A stretch of 64,000 nt of DNA. It comes from Candidatus Hermodarchaeota archaeon (GTDB lineage Archaea; Asgardarchaeota; Hermodarchaeia; Hermodarchaeales; Hermodarchaeaceae). The stretch lies in the NCBI GenBank assembly GCA_016839365.1, contig JAEOUH010000044.1:18567-82566 (forward strand), given 5' to 3'. The notes under the pieces were generated by a model. The model saw nothing but the letters and a program-made list of their open reading frames with translations. It was not told the origin of the DNA and searched no databases. Made by a program: the position numbers and the translations under genes. Of the stretch, positions 1 to 9,631 are shown one piece after another; the first letter of the stretch is position 1, and every line of letters starts with the position of its first letter.

Positions 1-369
1 AGGGAAAACGAGTTCTCGTAAAGCCTCAACGAATTCGGCCGAAGAGGTTGGCCGAATGTTTTTCCGAAATGGCGGACGGATTGGAGGGAGAAATATATCC
101 TCCTCGATTACCCGGAGGATTTCCTCTTCCTCTCTCCCGAATTCAAGTAGATACTCGGTTTTCAGTCGCAGTAAGATGGCGGCTGAAAGCAGGGCACGAC
201 CACAAATTCGCAAATCAATGTATTCTGCGGTGAGTAACCGCCCAATAAACCCATTCACTAGTTCCGCCAGGTCAAGTTCCCATGGGCTAATCTTTTGTAA
301 TTCGAGAATGTCAGTAAGGACTCGCCATGGTTGATGGAACCAGAATGGTTCAGGGCTAGTTTCTGTCAC
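1..369 (-). CDS. scpA: Segregation and condensation protein A (ScpA/kleisin), partial. It probably starts at GTG 369 and runs off the window edge.
   Basis: Minus-strand translation downstream of smc reads VTETSPEPFWFHQPWRVLTDILELQKISPWELDLAELVNGFIGRLL...IDLRICGRALLSAAILLRLK, which resembles the ScpA N-terminal domain. smc-scpA is a conserved gene pair. The ORF track does not list it because it is open at the edge. Confidence 0.5.
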   Translation of the reverse strand, partial: MTETSPEPFWFHQPWRVLTDILELQKISPWELDLAELVNGFIGRLLTAEYIDLRICGRALLSAAILLRLKTEYLLEFGREEEEILRVIEEDIFLPPIRPPFRKNIRPTSSAEFVEALRELVFP

Positions 370-458
370 CGGATTATCATTCTCCCTTGCGGCTTCACGA
401 TTTTGTTATACTTGATAAATGCATCCTATATAACCTGATGTATTATCAGAGCTTTCCG

Positions 459-3400
459 TTAGGTTTTGCTTGCTCCTTCAATCATTAGTAGACCTTCTTC
501 AAATTGAACTGAAAAGACCTGTGATACACCGTCTACTAATGCAACTCCCAATAGAGTCTGCGCTCTGCGGACTGTAATTTCGTTGTGAGAGATAATGAGA
601 AACTGTGAGTTTTCCGAAAGATTAGATATTAGCTGGGCAACCCTAGCGGTGTTATTGGGATCTAAAGCCTCATCGATTTCATCGAGGAAGTAGAAGGGAG
701 CAGGCTGATGGAGTTGTAGTGCGAACATGAATGTCAAAGCGGTGAGCGCTTTTTCGCCACCAGAAAGCGCATCGAGGTATTGGACGCGTTTTCCTGCAGG
801 TCTGACCTTCATTCGAATGCCTCCTAAAAAGGGATTTTCTGGATTCTCTAATTCCAGCTGACCAGCCCCTTGTGTAAGTTGGTGATAGACATCCGAAAAA
901 TTATGAGAGATACTCGAAAAGGCCGCCATAAATACACGGAATTTCTCTTCCTCGGCTTTTCGCATTGCATCAAGAATGGCTTCACGTTCCTCTCGAATTT
1001 TACCTTCCTTTTCTAATATTTCATCATAAGCGTGGCGAATTTCTTCAAAGCGTTGCACGGCTTTTTGGTTGATGAGACCCATTTGCTCTCGTTCCTGTTG
1101 GAGGGTTGTGATTTGCCGACGCAAGTTGAGAACTTGTTCTGGGTTTAAGGGGAGCAAGGGCGGCTCTAGCCCAACGGTCTTCTCCTTTTGAGCATCATAG
1201 CGCTCTTGCCAATGTTCAATCCGCCCTTCGACCTTAGAACGCTCCATTTTTTCTTCATTGACCTTATCAAGCAATTCATCGATTGTAATCATTAGTTGTT
1301 GATTTTCATTCTCATGAGCTGCCACTTGTGTTTCGAGCTCGTGTATTTGTTCATTGAGGTTTGCTTCATCTGTTTCTAATTGGGTAAGCTGTGCCTGATT
1401 TTGTTCGATTTGAGTCGTATTTTCCGCTAGTTGCTCTTTTTTCTGTTTTAACTCGGCTTTCGCGTTCTTATGGTCCTCTGAAAGTCGTTTGACTTCTCCT
1501 TTGGCATGTCTAGCTTCGCTAGCTTTCTCGATTAGTTGAAGCTGCGCGTATTGAAGTTCTGATTCCAGTTCATCTAGCTGGGTTCGAAGAGCCGTGAGAT
1601 TGGGATCCAAGCTACTTCTTTCAAGGATTGAAAGGTTTTGTTGAAGTTCTTCGCGTTTTTTAATCATCCCGTCGATTTCTAATTGGCCTGATCGGAATTT
1701 TTCTTCTAAGGAATTCTGCGTGTCTTCTTCATCTTTCAGACTTTCGCGCAGTTTCGCAAGACTTTCTTTGAAATCAATGAGGGCCTCGTCTTGGGAGTCT
1801 CTAATTTCGCTGGCTTTTTCGTACTTGAGTTGTAACTCATCAAACCGTTTTTGATTTTCTTTAAGTTGGTTATCCAAATGACTGATTTTGTCTGTCCATT
1901 GCTGGTATTCGCCTTCAACTTTAACTTGGAGCGTGCGCAGTTCTTTGAGTTTTTTCTGTAGTTCTGGAATTCTTGCCTCCTCTTCTAGAGTTAATGAGGA
2001 GATGCCTTTGTAATAGCCACCCGTCAAGGTTCGGTTAGGTTCGACGATGTCACCATCAATAGTGATTTTTCGTACGCCCTCAGCCTTGATGTTGCGAGCA
2101 ATCTTCAAGTCTTTCACAATAAGGGTTCGACCAAAGACAAACTCAAACGCAGGACGATACTGCTCTTCAAAGGACAGCAAATCAATCGCGTTCCCCACGA
2201 CCCCCTTTTCTCCGCTTTTATGAGTGTAGGGGTTGGATTTAATCGTATCAAGGGGAATGAAAGTTGCCTGACCGAGACGGCTCTTCTTCAGGTGTTCAAT
2301 ACATTTTGTGGCTGTTTCTTCACTATCAACGACAATGAAATCGAGCCGTCCACCACCTGCAACTTCAAGAGCGGTTGCATGTTTTGAGGAGGTTTTTCCT
2401 AGACTGCCTAGAGTTCCATACACTCCAGGGATTTTATTTTCCTTTGCATGTTTCAGAACTGCATCTGTTGCGCTTTTTCGTGTAAGACCATACTTCTTGA
2501 ATTCACGTATAGTCTTTAACCGAGTTTGTGCTTCGAGGAGTTCTTCTTTAGAATCTTGAATTAATTGGTTCAGTTCATCGTTCTTATTCTGTTTTTCTTG
2601 CAGCGAATTATAATACTCATCTTTTTGTTGCTGGAGGCTCGTTAGCTCCAATTTAAGGGATTGAATTTGTTTTTCGAGCTTCTCTATCTCGGACTTTGCT
2701 TCGTCTAATGCGAATTCTTGTTCAGGAAGAAGAGCGTACCCATCTTCGATTTGTTTTTTGAGATTCGCAATCGTTCTTTCTGTGACTCGGCTTAATGCAG
2801 AGGTTTCGCCAAGTTCGCTCTTCTTGGTTTCGATCATCTCTGTTAGCTTGAGGATTTCTTCCCTGATTGACATGTACTCAGCGTCAGGAGAAGTGGTTTG
2901 CTTGGAAAGTTCTGAGAGACGTTTGCGAATAGGAGAAATGCGTTCTTGGTAGGAGGCTTCTTGTGATTTGAGAATAGAAATTTCTTCCTCCATTTGAGAG
3001 GAACGATTTAGTTCGTCAATTTTCTGTGACTCGAGATGTTCCACGCTTGCGGATAGTAGTTCAATGTCTTGAGAAACCTGTCCTGAGACAAGTTGTAATC
3101 CTTTCAGTATTTCTCGAATGCGGGTCTGTTCGATTTCCTTGCGGCGTAACTGCTGGTCAATTTGTTTTATTTTGCCTTGGTCAGTTTGCACCGTTTGTTC
3201 TAATTCGAGTTTTCGGTCCTTCGCTTCCTGACGCTGATTTTCAAGTTCCTTGACGTGCGAAGAGTATAGTTCGAACTCCGCGTTCATTTTGTTCAACCGT
3301 TCTTCAACGCGTGCGAGTTCAGCAAAAACTAGATCTCTTTCACACTGTGCTAGCTGCTCGGTGATATCGCGCCAGCGAAGAGCGTCTTTCCTGTCCTTTT

Positions 3401-4022
3401 CCAAACGGGTGTATTCTTGACGAATTTCCTCGGTACGCATCTGGACCATGTGAAGGTTTTGATCAACTTTTGTTAATTCGCTTTCAATCTGCTGTTTTTT
3501 CTCATCAAAAACTGAAATCCCAGCTACTCCCTCAACAATTTGACGTATCTCTGTTGGCGTCATGGTAATGACATTAGCCAATTCATTTTGCATCACGATA
3601 TTATGGCCTTCCGGATGGAGCCCGGCGACAGCTATCGTATCTAACATTTCAGTACGCGTAACACGTTTACCGCCTATGCGATAAGCGCTAATACCGGTTT
3701 CATCCACCTCGCGGCTAATTGTGATTTCGTCGCTGTCAATTGGAAACTGTCGGTCAGTGTTATTAAAAACCAAACTCACTCGACTCGTCTTTGCAGGTGT
3801 GTTATCGGTGCCTCCGTTGAATAGCAATGAGGCAAAATTCTCCGCGCGAAGTGATTTGCTGCTTAACCGTCCAAGAACGAAGCATACAGCATCCAAAATG
3901 TTGCTTTTACCACACCCATTTTCACCGACTATGGCGGTGAATCCCTTATTGAGATCAATTGTGGTTTTCCGCGAACTGAAGCTTTTGAACCCATGAATTG
4001 CAATGTGTTGTAAGTAAGCCAC
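459..4022 (-). CDS. smc: Chromosome segregation protein SMC
   Basis: 1187 aa. N-terminal Walker A GENGCGKSNILDA. Long coiled-coil arms flank a central hinge. The C-terminal signature region reads LSGGEKALTALTFMFALQ and Walker B is FYFLDEIDEALD. Confidence 0.9.
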   Translation of the reverse strand: MAYLQHIAIHGFKSFSSRKTTIDLNKGFTAIVGENGCGKSNILDAVCFVLGRLSSKSLRAENFASLLFNGGTDNTPAKTSRVSLVFNNTDRQFPIDSDEITISREVDETGISAYRIGGKRVTRTEMLDTIAVAGLHPEGHNIVMQNELANVITMTPTEIRQIVEGVAGISVFDEKKQQIESELTKVDQNLHMVQMRTEEIRQEYTRLEKDRKDALRWRDITEQLAQCERDLVFAELARVEERLNKMNAEFELYSSHVKELENQRQEAKDRKLELEQTVQTDQGKIKQIDQQLRRKEIEQTRIREILKGLQLVSGQVSQDIELLSASVEHLESQKIDELNRSSQMEEEISILKSQEASYQERISPIRKRLSELSKQTTSPDAEYMSIREEILKLTEMIETKKSELGETSALSRVTERTIANLKKQIEDGYALLPEQEFALDEAKSEIEKLEKQIQSLKLELTSLQQQKDEYYNSLQEKQNKNDELNQLIQDSKEELLEAQTRLKTIREFKKYGLTRKSATDAVLKHAKENKIPGVYGTLGSLGKTSSKHATALEVAGGGRLDFIVVDSEETATKCIEHLKKSRLGQATFIPLDTIKSNPYTHKSGEKGVVGNAIDLLSFEEQYRPAFEFVFGRTLIVKDLKIARNIKAEGVRKITIDGDIVEPNRTLTGGYYKGISSLTLEEEARIPELQKKLKELRTLQVKVEGEYQQWTDKISHLDNQLKENQKRFDELQLKYEKASEIRDSQDEALIDFKESLAKLRESLKDEEDTQNSLEEKFRSGQLEIDGMIKKREELQQNLSILERSSLDPNLTALRTQLDELESELQYAQLQLIEKASEARHAKGEVKRLSEDHKNAKAELKQKKEQLAENTTQIEQNQAQLTQLETDEANLNEQIHELETQVAAHENENQQLMITIDELLDKVNEEKMERSKVEGRIEHWQERYDAQKEKTVGLEPPLLPLNPEQVLNLRRQITTLQQEREQMGLINQKAVQRFEEIRHAYDEILEKEGKIREEREAILDAMRKAEEEKFRVFMAAFSSISHNFSDVYHQLTQGAGQLELENPENPFLGGIRMKVRPAGKRVQYLDALSGGEKALTALTFMFALQLHQPAPFYFLDEIDEALDPNNTARVAQLISNLSENSQFLIISHNEITVRRAQTLLGVALVDGVSQVFSVQFEEGLLMIEGASKT

Positions 4023-4152
4023 AAGAAAACGCCTACACTCTTCCTTTTATATTTTGGTCAGACATGCCAGAGAATGAAAACACCGGTACAAAAAGGTCTC
4101 GAATTAGCCTTTTTGCAGCTACAAAAAAAGGGGCATATTATTGAAAATGGGG

Positions 4153-4536
4153 TCATGGAGTCTTCCCGATTTTGTCAACAGCAGAACGGAGACTTCTAAT
4201 AATAAGCCCCAGACTTGGAGCCGCATCCTTACCGGCGATGGCAACAACCATTGTCTTTGAGGCAGTTACGGCCACGGTATAACCCTTATCTGTTTCCAGA
4301 TACATCGATTGCACGGGGCCTTGGTCGACAGCTTTGCTTACAGTTTTTGTTTCCTTCAACAGAGCAGCAATACTTGAAGTAATCGCATTATGGTCCATTT
4401 CGCGCAGAGTTTGTCCTGCAACAACTTTCCCTGTCGGAGCGGCAGCGATTAGTCCCTCAAGTTCAGGGATAGTGTCCATGATTTCTGCAAGAATCTGTTC
4501 AACTTCTTTCTTTCCGAGCATGAAAGCCACACCCAT
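4153..4536 (-). CDS. Roadblock/LC7 domain protein (MglB-like)
   Basis: 127 aa. The pattern LIAAAPTGKVVAG...VQSMYLETDKGYTVAVTASKTMVVAIAG matches the roadblock fold. It lies next to three further roadblock genes and an MglA-like GTPase. Confidence 0.7.
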   Translation of the reverse strand: MGVAFMLGKKEVEQILAEIMDTIPELEGLIAAAPTGKVVAGQTLREMDHNAITSSIAALLKETKTVSKAVDQGPVQSMYLETDKGYTVAVTASKTMVVAIAGKDAAPSLGLIIRSLRSAVDKIGKTP

Positions 4537-4709
4537 CGCCAGTGGAACTTGGCAATTGTGGTTGCGATAAAAAGGATTTAGTGTCCTTGTTTAAAAACTG
4601 TCCGTCAGAAAGGTATAGGCGACAGATTTTTTCAAAACTTCGATATTAACTCCGAACAAGAGGGAACTTTTATAACTTCAATAAGAGACCACTAGTCAGT
4701 GGCTAGAGA

Positions 4710-5009
4710 GTGTGGAGTACAATGATTGGCGGAAAAGCGTTAAAAGACTCGCTCAAGCGTCTCGGAGCCCACGAGGGTGTTCGTGGCGTCATAATCACTA
4801 ACATGGAAGGCCTTCCAATCAGCTCCAATCTAAACGCAGAAAAAACTGAGGTCATTGCAGCGCTTGTCACTTCACTGGTAGGTAAGGCTAAACGTGTTGT
4901 CGATGAACTTGGAGAAGGCGGCATGAACTTTCTTACCATCTCAACACCAGCAGGTGAGGTCATGGTCGCCCCCGAAGAGGACTATATTCTCATCGTCATG
5001 CGAGGTTGA
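4710..5009 (+). CDS. Roadblock/LC7 domain protein (MglB-like)
   Basis: 99 aa. Classic roadblock sequence: [19 protein letters not shown]...[26 protein letters not shown]. Confidence 0.8.
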   Translation: MWSTMIGGKALKDSLKRLGAHEGVRGVIITNMEGLPISSNLNAEKTEVIAALVTSLVGKAKRVVDELGEGGMNFLTISTPAGEVMVAPEEDYILIVMRG

Positions 5010-5089
5010 GAATCCCAGATACCCCACACAAGAATTAAAAGTCATCTCTCGAAGATAAGCTCGGCTAGCCTCATGGAAAGGGATGAACC

Positions 5090-5560
5090 GTGTCCATAAC
5101 CGTACGGCAATTTGATGAGATCCTCTCCGATGTCATCAAATCCGAACCAGGAATCAAGAAGACCATTCTCGTAGACAGAACAGGACTAACCATTGCTCAT
5201 GTCTCGAAATTCTCATATTATCCAGTGGACGTTGATGGTATTGGCGCCATTGCTAGCGCTGTGTTTTGTGCAAGCGAGGAACAAGGAAAGAGCCTTGACG
5301 TGGGCGATTTGACTATTGTTACATCGGAATTTGGTGATGGCAAGATCTTTGCTGCTGGTGCTGGCAAAGGTGTATTATGCGTGATTACAGATAAAGAAGT
5401 AAACATTGGCATGATACGCTTAACAATGATGAAGGCGGCTGCTGAGCTCGCGAAAGTTTTAGATGAGTTCATGGCCGAAAAGCCTGCCGTCGCAGCCGGT
5501 AAAACTGATGCGGAGCGGGAAGAGCTTAAGGCCGCATTGGGAGAACTCGAGAAGGGTTAG
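5090..5560 (+). CDS. Roadblock/LC7 domain protein with a C-terminal helical extension
   Basis: 156 aa. The roadblock core reads TGLTIAHVSKF...LTIVTSEFGDGKIFAAGAGKGVLCVITDKE. A charged helical tail follows (AEREELKAALGELEKG), as seen in MglB. Confidence 0.7.
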   Translation: MSITVRQFDEILSDVIKSEPGIKKTILVDRTGLTIAHVSKFSYYPVDVDGIGAIASAVFCASEEQGKSLDVGDLTIVTSEFGDGKIFAAGAGKGVLCVITDKEVNIGMIRLTMMKAAAELAKVLDEFMAEKPAVAAGKTDAEREELKAALGELEKG

Positions 5561-5606
5561 TGGGGACGGGATATCGCAACGCGAATAAGGAAGGAGCCGT
5601 CCTACT

Positions 5607-6194
5607 TTGAAGAAAGACACACAGGGAAGAATACATTTCAAAATCGTCTTCTGGGGCCCCTCATTATCAGGAAAAACAACAGCACTCCGTTGGATTTATG
5701 ATAATGTTGAGGGATTGAGTAAAGGAGGGTTCACATCGGTCGCCGATCATACCGGCCGAACACTCTTTTTTGATTATACGCCAATGCAAGCTACCGCACA
5801 GGTAGTATTTGATGTTTACACCGTTGCTGGCCAACGTCGACATCGAGGTCAACGAAAGGTCATCTTGAGTGGTGTTGATGGCATTATTTATGTTGCAGAC
5901 TCGTCACCCGATCAAATGGAAGCCAATATTGAAAGTATGTCTGAGCTTCGTTCTTTTGTGGGTGAAGAACTCGGTCATTCCATTAGCCTTGTTGTAATGT
6001 TAAATAAACAGGACCTGCCAAATGCTATGGAAAAAAATGTCATGCTTGCAAAGCTGGGGCTAGGCAATGCGCCAAATTTTACGACCTGTGCACTAACAGG
6101 TGAAAATGTTAAACGCGCGTTTAGACAGATAACTCGCGATATCTTGATGTACCATTTGTACCCTAAGACTCCTGCAACAGCTTCAGCGAGTTAG
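5607..6194 (+). CDS. mglA: MglA-like small GTPase (Ras superfamily)
   Basis: 195 aa. P-loop is GPSLSGKTT. Switch region RTLFFDY. G3 reads YTVAGQ, with Thr in place of Asp, the diagnostic MglA TxxGQ form. ILSGVDGIIYVADSS follows. G4 is NKQD. Confidence 0.85.
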   Translation: MKKDTQGRIHFKIVFWGPSLSGKTTALRWIYDNVEGLSKGGFTSVADHTGRTLFFDYTPMQATAQVVFDVYTVAGQRRHRGQRKVILSGVDGIIYVADSSPDQMEANIESMSELRSFVGEELGHSISLVVMLNKQDLPNAMEKNVMLAKLGLGNAPNFTTCALTGENVKRAFRQITRDILMYHLYPKTPATASAS

Positions 6195-6201
6195 ATTAAA
6201 A

Positions 6202-6585
6202 TTGATGATACCCAGTTCTCCTGAAATTGAAAAGATATTGGAGAGCCTTACTGAGTCAGTTGAAGAGATTGAAGCGGCAGTCGTTGTGGGTGTTGATGGG
6301 CTACCCATTGCTGCAAAGCTTCCAGAAGAATATGATGAAACATTACTCGCCGCAATGAGTGCCGCCTTGCTTACCGTAGGAGAACGCGCGGCTTCGGATT
6401 TAGGTAAAGGCGCATTAAGCCAAGTTTTCGCTCAGGGAAGTACCGGAGCAGTAATCATGGTTGCAGCTGGACCGGATTCGGTTTTAATGGTGAGCACAAA
6501 CACAGAAACCCTTGCTGGGCTTGGACTAGTTTTTATTAATATGGAACGCGCAGCAAAGAAAATTGCTAAGAAGTTGAACCGATAA
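6202..6585 (+). CDS. Roadblock/LC7 domain protein (MglB-like)
   Basis: 127 aa. AAVVVGVDGLPIAAKL...GSTGAVIMVAAGPDSVLMVSTN. Starts 7 nt after the GTPase gene. Confidence 0.75.
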   Translation: MMIPSSPEIEKILESLTESVEEIEAAVVVGVDGLPIAAKLPEEYDETLLAAMSAALLTVGERAASDLGKGALSQVFAQGSTGAVIMVAAGPDSVLMVSTNTETLAGLGLVFINMERAAKKIAKKLNR

Positions 6586-6648
6586 TAACCTAGGAAGTTC
6601 TTAAAAAGAAAAGTTATATACCTCGAACTTTTCGCTCTATTCGGAGAC

Positions 6649-7422
6649 TTGTTGGTGACCAATCTAATCGGACCTATCTATCACTTATATTCCTGGTATC
6701 TTTGGCACCAAATTAAGGACAAGCCAATGCCAATGCATGTAGGTATAATTTTAGACGGGAACCGCCGGTACGCAAAAGAACAAAGCCAAGATAGTAGCTT
6801 TGGGCACACAGTAGGGGCACACCGTATTGATGAAGTGCTCGACTGGTGTTTTGAAGCAGGAGTTAAGGTCGTTACTATTTACGTCTTTTCTACAGAAAAT
6901 TTCTCACGCAAGGAAGAAGAAGTCAAACATATTATGGAGCTAGCCCGTCAAAGATTTGAAACTGTAGCTCAATCAGAAGTTGTCCACCGCCATAAAGTAC
7001 GAGTTCGCGCGATTGGGCAGCTTACTCTACTTCCCCCCTCAGTTCTCACAGCGATTAAAGAAGCAGAGGATATCACAGAAGGATATGATAATTTCCAATT
7101 GAATGTGGCAATAGGCTATGGTGGTCGAACAGAGATAGTTGATGCTGTGAGAAGTATTGCAGTGAAGGTCAGCAAAGGCGCACTGGAGCCCTCTGAGATT
7201 TCAGATGAAACCATAGAAAAACACCTCTACACTGCAGGGATTGCAGATCCTGAGTTGATTATTCGAACATCGGGAGAGGAAAGATTGTCAGGATTTCTAT
7301 TATGGCAATCAGCATATTCGGAGCTTTATTTCGCTGATGTTTACTGGCCAGAAATTCGGAAGATTGATTTTTGGCGAGCGTTACGTACGTACCAGCGAAG
7401 AGATCGGCGATTTGGTAACTAG
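6649..7422 (+). CDS. uppS: Undecaprenyl/di-trans,poly-cis-polyprenyl diphosphate synthase. The true start is probably the ATG at 6727.
   Basis: MPMHVGIILDGNRRYAKE is the substrate-binding motif. Further motifs: VTIYVFSTENFSR, ERLSGFLLWQSAYSELYF and the RRFG tail. Confidence 0.85.
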   Translation: MLVTNLIGPIYHLYSWYLWHQIKDKPMPMHVGIILDGNRRYAKEQSQDSSFGHTVGAHRIDEVLDWCFEAGVKVVTIYVFSTENFSRKEEEVKHIMELARQRFETVAQSEVVHRHKVRVRAIGQLTLLPPSVLTAIKEAEDITEGYDNFQLNVAIGYGGRTEIVDAVRSIAVKVSKGALEPSEISDETIEKHLYTAGIADPELIIRTSGEERLSGFLLWQSAYSELYFADVYWPEIRKIDFWRALRTYQRRDRRFGN

Positions 7423-7434
7423 GAGAATTTAGAG

Positions 7435-7851
7435 ATGAAGGGTAAGAAGCCCGCAATGGCGCTATTGGTTGATAGTAGTATTTCATCCGGTCTTTTAGAG
7501 ACACTATCTAAACTTCGACCAATCTTAGACGAAATGGGTGATATAAAGATAGGTAAGGTGGTAGTTCGTCAACAGGAGGCTGTAGAATTTTCTAAGATTA
7601 TTGCTCAAGAAGGCTTTATTCCTGTTATCATCCACGATGACCTCGACATACATTTGGTTCTTGAAACCATGGAACTCATTTATAATGAAAAAATCGAAAC
7701 GCTTGCCATAGCAACAGAAAATGTGAATCTCCTTTTATTGTTAAGCCGTGCAAGGGAGTTAGGAAAGGAAGTAATTTTGCTTTACACGTCGGATAAGGTA
7801 AACAGAGGTTTGCAGAACGCTGCAGATATTGTACTTCCAATCACTCATTGA
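7435..7851 (+). CDS. NYN/LabA-like domain protein (uncharacterised)
   Basis: 138 aa. Layout: LLVDSS...PVIIHDDLDIHLVLE...TLAIATENVNLLLLLSRARELGKEVILL. This resembles the PIN-like NYN/LabA arrangement. Confidence 0.4.
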   Translation: MKGKKPAMALLVDSSISSGLLETLSKLRPILDEMGDIKIGKVVVRQQEAVEFSKIIAQEGFIPVIIHDDLDIHLVLETMELIYNEKIETLAIATENVNLLLLLSRARELGKEVILLYTSDKVNRGLQNAADIVLPITH

Positions 7852-7857
7852 TATCCG

Positions 7858-8727
7858 TTAAAGTAATCCACGTTTCATAAGAAGCGTGAATTCTTCCATC
7901 GTGAGCCGTTCCCCACGTTTGTGTTTTTCGAGAGCCACAGCCGCCTTTTCCTCTAGTCGCTCTTCGAGTTCTTGGATTTTTTCCACTCGCCGTCGTATAC
8001 GTATCTCGCCTAGCTCCTTCCTTAGCCGGTTGTTCTTTTGTTTGGACTCAATATATCGACGATGAGTCTCATCAGCTTCGCGCCGTGTTTCGAGATATTG
8101 TCGATGTGATTCATCAGCCTTTTTTCGAAGAGCATCGACTTCGGCATATGCTTCAATCATGAGCTGGTTTTCTTCTTGAGATAATCGAGCAAACTCGAGA
8201 ACTGAATTATGGTGCGCATTCATCAACAGTCGTAAATCATCGATTTCAGTTCGAGCTTTCGCACTCTCTTTACGCTGTTCTGCAGCTTCTTCAGCAGTCT
8301 TGAGTTCGGATTCTAGCTCTGCTATTTGATCAATGATTTCGCGTTCACGCTTCAAATCTAACACTTGGGTTTGAAGAGACCAGTCGAGCTCACGGATTTT
8401 TCGGCGAAGGACATGAACCGGGGTTGCCGGTTTCCTTTTTTCTTCTTCAGGTTCATTTTCGTTGTCTTGTCGCTCATCGATCTTATCTTTAAGTGTGGCG
8501 TGAATTTCGTCCCGTTTTATTTTGAACTCGGCAACCTTTTGATTATATTCGTCACGTTTTTCACGGTGGTCACGAGCCTTCTTCAGCCACTCGGCAACTT
8601 GTGCGTTGAGTTTGTCCCTTTCCTTGACTAACTGTTGAGCTGTAGTGTTTAGCTCATCACGCTTCTCACGCAAAGAAGCTGTAAGCCGATTAGTTTCAGC
8701 GAGTTGCAAGACCGTGTCCTCGGCCAC
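7858..8727 (-). CDS. Archaeal coiled-coil protein (COG1340-like)
   Basis: 289 aa, almost entirely charged heptad-repeat sequence with no enzymatic motif. Confidence 0.5.
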   Translation of the reverse strand: MAEDTVLQLAETNRLTASLREKRDELNTTAQQLVKERDKLNAQVAEWLKKARDHREKRDEYNQKVAEFKIKRDEIHATLKDKIDERQDNENEPEEEKRKPATPVHVLRRKIRELDWSLQTQVLDLKREREIIDQIAELESELKTAEEAAEQRKESAKARTEIDDLRLLMNAHHNSVLEFARLSQEENQLMIEAYAEVDALRKKADESHRQYLETRREADETHRRYIESKQKNNRLRKELGEIRIRRRVEKIQELEERLEEKAAVALEKHKRGERLTMEEFTLLMKRGLL

Positions 8728-8863
8728 GATACCACCTTGTACAAGAAAACGTCTAACGTGATTTCCTGAGTGTGAGGGTGTATGGAAGAGGGATTTTTAA
8801 AACTAACGGAGCTTTACACTGACCGAAGGGCAGTCACAATACAAAACATCAAGACTATTGAGA

Positions 8864-9568
8864 TTAATTGGATTCTTCCAAAATTATCCGAGCATCTACA
8901 CATTTCGCACCTTTAGAATAGGAAAAGACAGGATTCAAATCGAGTTGATTAATAGATGGGTAATCTGTCACTAACTTCGAGACCTTAAGCAGAATATCCA
9001 CTAACGCGCCTGTATCCCGTGGCTCTTGTCCTCTTACACCTGTCAAAATGGGGTAACCTTTGATTTCTTGAAGCATTTCCTGGGCATCATATTTTGTTAT
9101 TGGGGCAACGCGGAAACTTACGTCCTTGAGTACTTCAACAAAGATGCCACCTAAACCAAACATTAACGCAGGACCAAATTGAGGGTCCTTTATAGCCCCT
9201 ATAATAACCTCAACACCCGCTGGGGCGAACTCTTCCACAAATATTCCCCTTATTCGTGCTTTTTCCACATGCTTCTTAACATTTGATATGATAGATTGGT
9301 AACCTTCACGAACAGCATCTGCATCCTTGACATTAACGATTACGCCTCCGACATCGCTTTTGTGAATAACATCGGGACTTAATATCTTGAGAACAACGGG
9401 ATAGCCTATTGTATCAGCTGCTTTCACGGCTTCGTCTTCGGTTTCAGCTATTTTGAATTGGGTTACGGGGAGCTTGTAGGTTTGAATAATGGTCTTTGAT
9501 TCGTGTTCGAGCAAATATGTTCGATTTTCCGTTCGAGCACGTGCAATGATGTCATCAATTTTTGGCAT
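8864..9568 (-). CDS. acdB: Acetyl-CoA synthetase (ADP-forming) beta subunit / ATP-grasp domain
   Basis: 234 aa. GYPVVLKILSPDVIHKSDVGGV, PQFGPALMFGLGGIFVEVLKDVSFR and LDLNPVF are typical of the ACD beta subunit. Confidence 0.8.
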   Translation of the reverse strand: MPKIDDIIARARTENRTYLLEHESKTIIQTYKLPVTQFKIAETEDEAVKAADTIGYPVVLKILSPDVIHKSDVGGVIVNVKDADAVREGYQSIISNVKKHVEKARIRGIFVEEFAPAGVEVIIGAIKDPQFGPALMFGLGGIFVEVLKDVSFRVAPITKYDAQEMLQEIKGYPILTGVRGQEPRDTGALVDILLKVSKLVTDYPSINQLDLNPVFSYSKGAKCVDARIILEESN

Positions 9569-9631
9569 CTAGTTCACCGGGTTTTTGATAAATCGAGATT
9601 TGTCAAATTAAAACCTTTTAGTAAAACAAGT

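Noticed and set aside
1736-3253. Several 60-90-aa ORFs on either strand inside smc
   Set aside because: All lie within the continuous, motif-supported SMC reading frame.
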